Shown one piece after another: positions 58,176 to 64,000 of a DNA stretch of 64,000 bases. Within the stretch, counting starts at the first letter, position 1. Every line of letters starts with the position of its first letter. Source of the DNA: the human T2T-CHM13v2.0 reference genome, Homo sapiens; assembly GCF_009914755.1 (NCBI RefSeq), contig NC_060930.1. One strand, given 5' to 3'. Both the position numbers and the translations under genes were made by a program. A model generated the notes under the pieces. It was not told the DNA's origin, searched no databases, and saw nothing but the letters and a program-made list of their open reading frames with translations.

Positions 58176-59245
58176 ACGGCATCTGGCCCCTGCCCTCCTT
58201 CCCACCAATCTTCTCTCCTTACTCTCTGCCCAGAAGGAGCATCCTTCTTCCATCCCTGAGCTCTGGGCACAGTGTCACTTCCTCCCGGAAGCCTTTCCTG
58301 ACCTCCTGATTTGGTCAGATCCAGAGATCCCTGCACCAAGTGCCTCACCATGGAAGCCCTTACTCCAGCTACATTTTGCACTCATTTCTGTGACTGTTTG
58401 ATTAATGGCTACCCCCATCCTCTTCCAGTCTTCTCTGTTCCAGAAGGGCAGGGACTGGTTTTGCTCATCACTGTACTCTGGTACCTAATGTAGAACCTGA
58501 CACAGCACTGGCACTAATAAGTAACTTGCTAAATGAATGAATGGGTTTACATTTGAATGTAACTGAGTCTGTGGCACCCATTTCTAAAACAAGTCTTGAT
58601 AGGAATGAGATAGAGCAAGAGTGATAACATAATTCTAGGAACTCGAGAGGGGAGGACTCCAGGGAATAGAGTCAATGCAGAACCACAGACACTTTATCTT
58701 CTTCACAGTTTTGCCTTGTGCCCAGCGAGCCCCACTTCCATGTGGCTGCTGAATGGTTTTTTTTCTGACTCACCTCTTGCTGGCCAACTGAGATGCTGCA
58801 AGAATGTACAGTGCCTTCTACATGGGCAGTGAAAGTCTAAGTCACGCCCAACTTGCTTGTTGTTTTGAGGATATTTTATTACATGCCAGTCCTTGGAAAC
58901 TGTTGATCCAGTTTTACCTTGCACATTGTAATCACAGATGTGCACCTCTAGGCTGTGAGCCGCTTAAGAATGTGTCTGGCCCTCCATGTGGCCCGTGGTT
59001 CATGTTGGGTAGATTAGCAGATGAAAGACTTAGGAAAACAAAAATTGGAATTCTTATCATTTGATCTCAGCCAGCGTCTCAAACTCAGAGGCCCTCGGGG
59101 GTCCAGGAATGATCTGAAAAAAAAAAAAAAAAAGCAGGACAGATGTGAGCGTGCTCACCTGTATTACATAAGTGAGGCCTGGGGAGTGGGCTAATTTGAT
59201 CACACACTCTGTCTAAAGGCATTCAGGCTCAAAAAAAGTGTAACC

Positions 59246-59814
<569 letters not shown>

Positions 59815-60780
59815 TTATAGGCATTAAATCAGCCTTAGCTTATTAAACTAGTATTTATGATTTGCAGAGAAAAGAGCATAGGCCTAGCAGGATCTGATAC
59901 CTTGTCTGAGGTAAATAGGTTCAGAGCAGAGCCTGGACTAGAACCCAAACCTCCTAGCTCCTGAGCTACTTAGTGCTTTGTCCTTACAATGCCACCATAT
60001 CATTTTCCTCCCAAATCTCATTTTCAAGGTCAAAACAACTAACTATAGCACAGGCCCTTCTGGCGGGCTCAGCTGCATGTTATAGCTATGATTAGTCTTG
60101 ATGTTCTCAGTCGCTTTCCAGAGAAATGAAACACAAACAGAGGAACTCATTTGAAATTATGAGTGTTTGACTATAAAGCAGCCTAGTTCATAACAGAATT
60201 TTCTCTGATCAGAGTCTAGTCACTCAGTTTTGCCCCCTCCAAATATGACCACCCATAAAAAAAAGGGGAGGCCACCACAGAGCCAGTTGTCATGTTCACT
60301 AATGAGATCAATGGGATGGCACCGTCAAAGCTGATGAGGGAACAATGTAGTCTGCAGACACTTCGCATAAGACTCCAAAACACTGGCCTGACCTCCAAGA
60401 TGTAGGCGCCACCCACATTTACAAGGCTTTCTCAAAACATTCTGCCCCCAAAACTTAGCTTGACTTAAAGCCTGGGTATTACCAAACCATTCCATAAAAG
60501 TGGCTGCGCATCTCTTATAAAAGCAGCAAGTATTTTTAGGGAAAATAAACTGGCAGGTGAGAAAGAGCTGTTAAGATCTTTCAACGTGGAGTTGGTAAGC
60601 TGCATTCCAGACCTCTGACACCGGCTCACTCAGTTGCATAATCATCGCTTTCCTCCTGAAGCGTGAGAATGCTATTTTAGAAAGAATTCAAAGACTACTG
60701 CATCCAAATTTAGACCCCCTAATATTGTGAATTTCCAAATACACAGCTGGCCCTTGTCAATGGGGATGAAAAATGTCTTA

Positions 60781-61879
<1,099 letters not shown>

Positions 61880-62017
61880 GGGATATTTTGAAAAGGAATA
61901 ATAAATATGAAAATGTTCTTATACTCTTAAAAACACTTTGGAATGCAATTTCCAACAGTTTCAGGGTGCTATAGGCTTTATAAGCAGGTATATGACCAAA
62001 AATCCTTTCTCTGACAT

Positions 62018-62635
<618 letters not shown>

Positions 62636-62760
62636 GACATTGAAGCCCATTCCCTATATAGGATGTGTGGTGGTGACACGGGAATGTCACAGAAGCAATT
62701 GATTCTGGCCCAGCACAATAAACAAAAACACAAATGACAACAAGCTTTGAATTAAAAATA

Positions 62761-63038
62761 TAGTCCTTTCTGGGAGATTGATTCCAGGACTCCCTTGGAT
62801 ACCAAAATCCAAGGAAGCTCAAGTCCCTTGTATAAAATGGCGTAGTATTTGCAAAAAACTATGTGTATCCTCCCATATCCTTTAAATCATCTCTAAATTA
62901 CTTATATCTAATACAAGATAAATGCTATATCAATAATTTTAGACTATTGTTTTTTGTTTGTTTTTTTTTTTAATATTTTCCGTCAGCAGTTGGTAGAACC
63001 GAAGAATGTGGAACTCATGGACACAGAGGACCAACTGT
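62761..63038. mobile_element. MER2 (Tigger-derived)
   Basis: gataccaaaatcca...gctcaagtcccttgtataaaatggcgtagtatttgca...tttaaatcatctcta...caactgta. Confidence 0.85.
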
Positions 63039-63869
63039 AGTTAGGTTTGGAGACTTCATTGACTTGATATTTTCACTCTAGGATCTCTCTTTAGATTTCA
63101 AGATGTGAACATCTTGCCGACTATAGACACCAGTTTCTAATACCCAAGGAGGGACTGCAACTTCCTCAACTAGGAGAGCATCATTTCTACCCCTTAGATC
63201 CCAATAGAGGAGTCTGAGAAGCCTAAAATTTCTTCTACAATGATTCAGTTTCTCACACACCTCATCCCAATGGGTGAAGTGGAATGCCGGATAATTGCAG
63301 GTTGTTAAATAATTACCAAAAGCTTCAAAGGTACAGATGTCTCTGTTCCTGCTCAGGCTCCTGAGTCCGTGTCAGTCATTCCTGGGACCTAATGCAGGCA
63401 TTCTCCCCTCAGATGCCATGCCCGTTCCCTGGCTACTTCTGTCACTACGTGCCATCCACTGCCTGTCCCGCCTCCACCCATTGCGTCATTGCAGGCTCAT
63501 GCCCTGGCTATGATGTTTCATGTACGGTGGCTAAATTTCACGCCTGGCCACAGAAGTATCATTTCTGTGCCTTTGCCACTCATGTCTTCTAAGCCTCCGA
63601 AATAAGAGGAGCAGGACCAGAAGAAGAGCAGCCATTGTTCTCTGCAGACAGACACATTCTCTCACATGTCCCCGGGGCCACAGACCTCTTTATGTTCTAA
63701 CTGGGTCTGCACAGAAGAGGCAGGAGACAGGCTTTAGCCTCAAGGGAGGGAGAGAGAGGCAAGAGGCCACAGTCCCCAAGTTAGGAGGCCACAAGGAAAG
63801 AAAAGGACTTCTGTGAAGAAAAGAGTCCCGTCTGAGTTGCAGTCCACTTGCCTGGGGCCACTGGAGGAG

Positions 63870-64000
63870 ATGGGGCTGGGGAGGGGCCGCTGCAGGGAGG
63901 AGGGCGGGGGTCAGCGGCTGTGACATGACGCACGTGCCTCTCCTGGGCTTGAAATTGAGGAACTGAGGAGGCGGTGGTGGCGAGAGTCAGTCTTTCAGAG
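63870..64000 (+). promoter_or_regulatory. Candidate internal promoter/enhancer
   Basis: Local GC/CpG rise; GC box GGGCGG (63902), TGACGCA (63926), E-box CACGTG (63931), ETS/PU.1-like AAATTGAGGAACTG (63952). Confidence 0.5.

Noticed and set aside
59114-59158. Minus-strand intron between CAG|GTGAGC and the T17-CAG acceptor
   Set aside because: Only 45 nt, below the usual minimum for a human spliceosomal intron.

Overview
Primate (human-like) genomic DNA lying inside the PHACTR1 gene (+ strand). Only two constitutive coding exons fall in the window: 19179-19426 (248 nt, acidic region) and 21400-21556 (157 nt, an RPEL motif plus the start of the next one). The rest is intron: about 21 Alu copies, L1/L2/MIR fragments, MaLR LTRs including a full LTR-int-LTR MSTA element, a MER11 solo LTR nested in an L1, MER21, DNA transposons and a full-length U1 snRNA retrocopy. 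No prokaryote-type system (CRISPR, operon) is present. The most interesting sequence-level observations are RNA-processing hypotheses. (1) The two exons are bracketed by inverted Alus, total 405 nt, and would back-splice in frame with no stop codon, giving a candidate circRNA with an endless RPEL-containing ORF. (2) A candidate recursive splice site lies at 50799/50800. (3) A candidate alternative terminal exon lies at 44225/44277. (4) An internal promoter-like element sits at the window end. (5) An old ~250-bp templated insertion lies at 3752-4011. All repeat-family names come from recalled consensus sequences, not from a database run. Exon, U1 and TSD-bounded element boundaries were counted by hand; the others are approximate.
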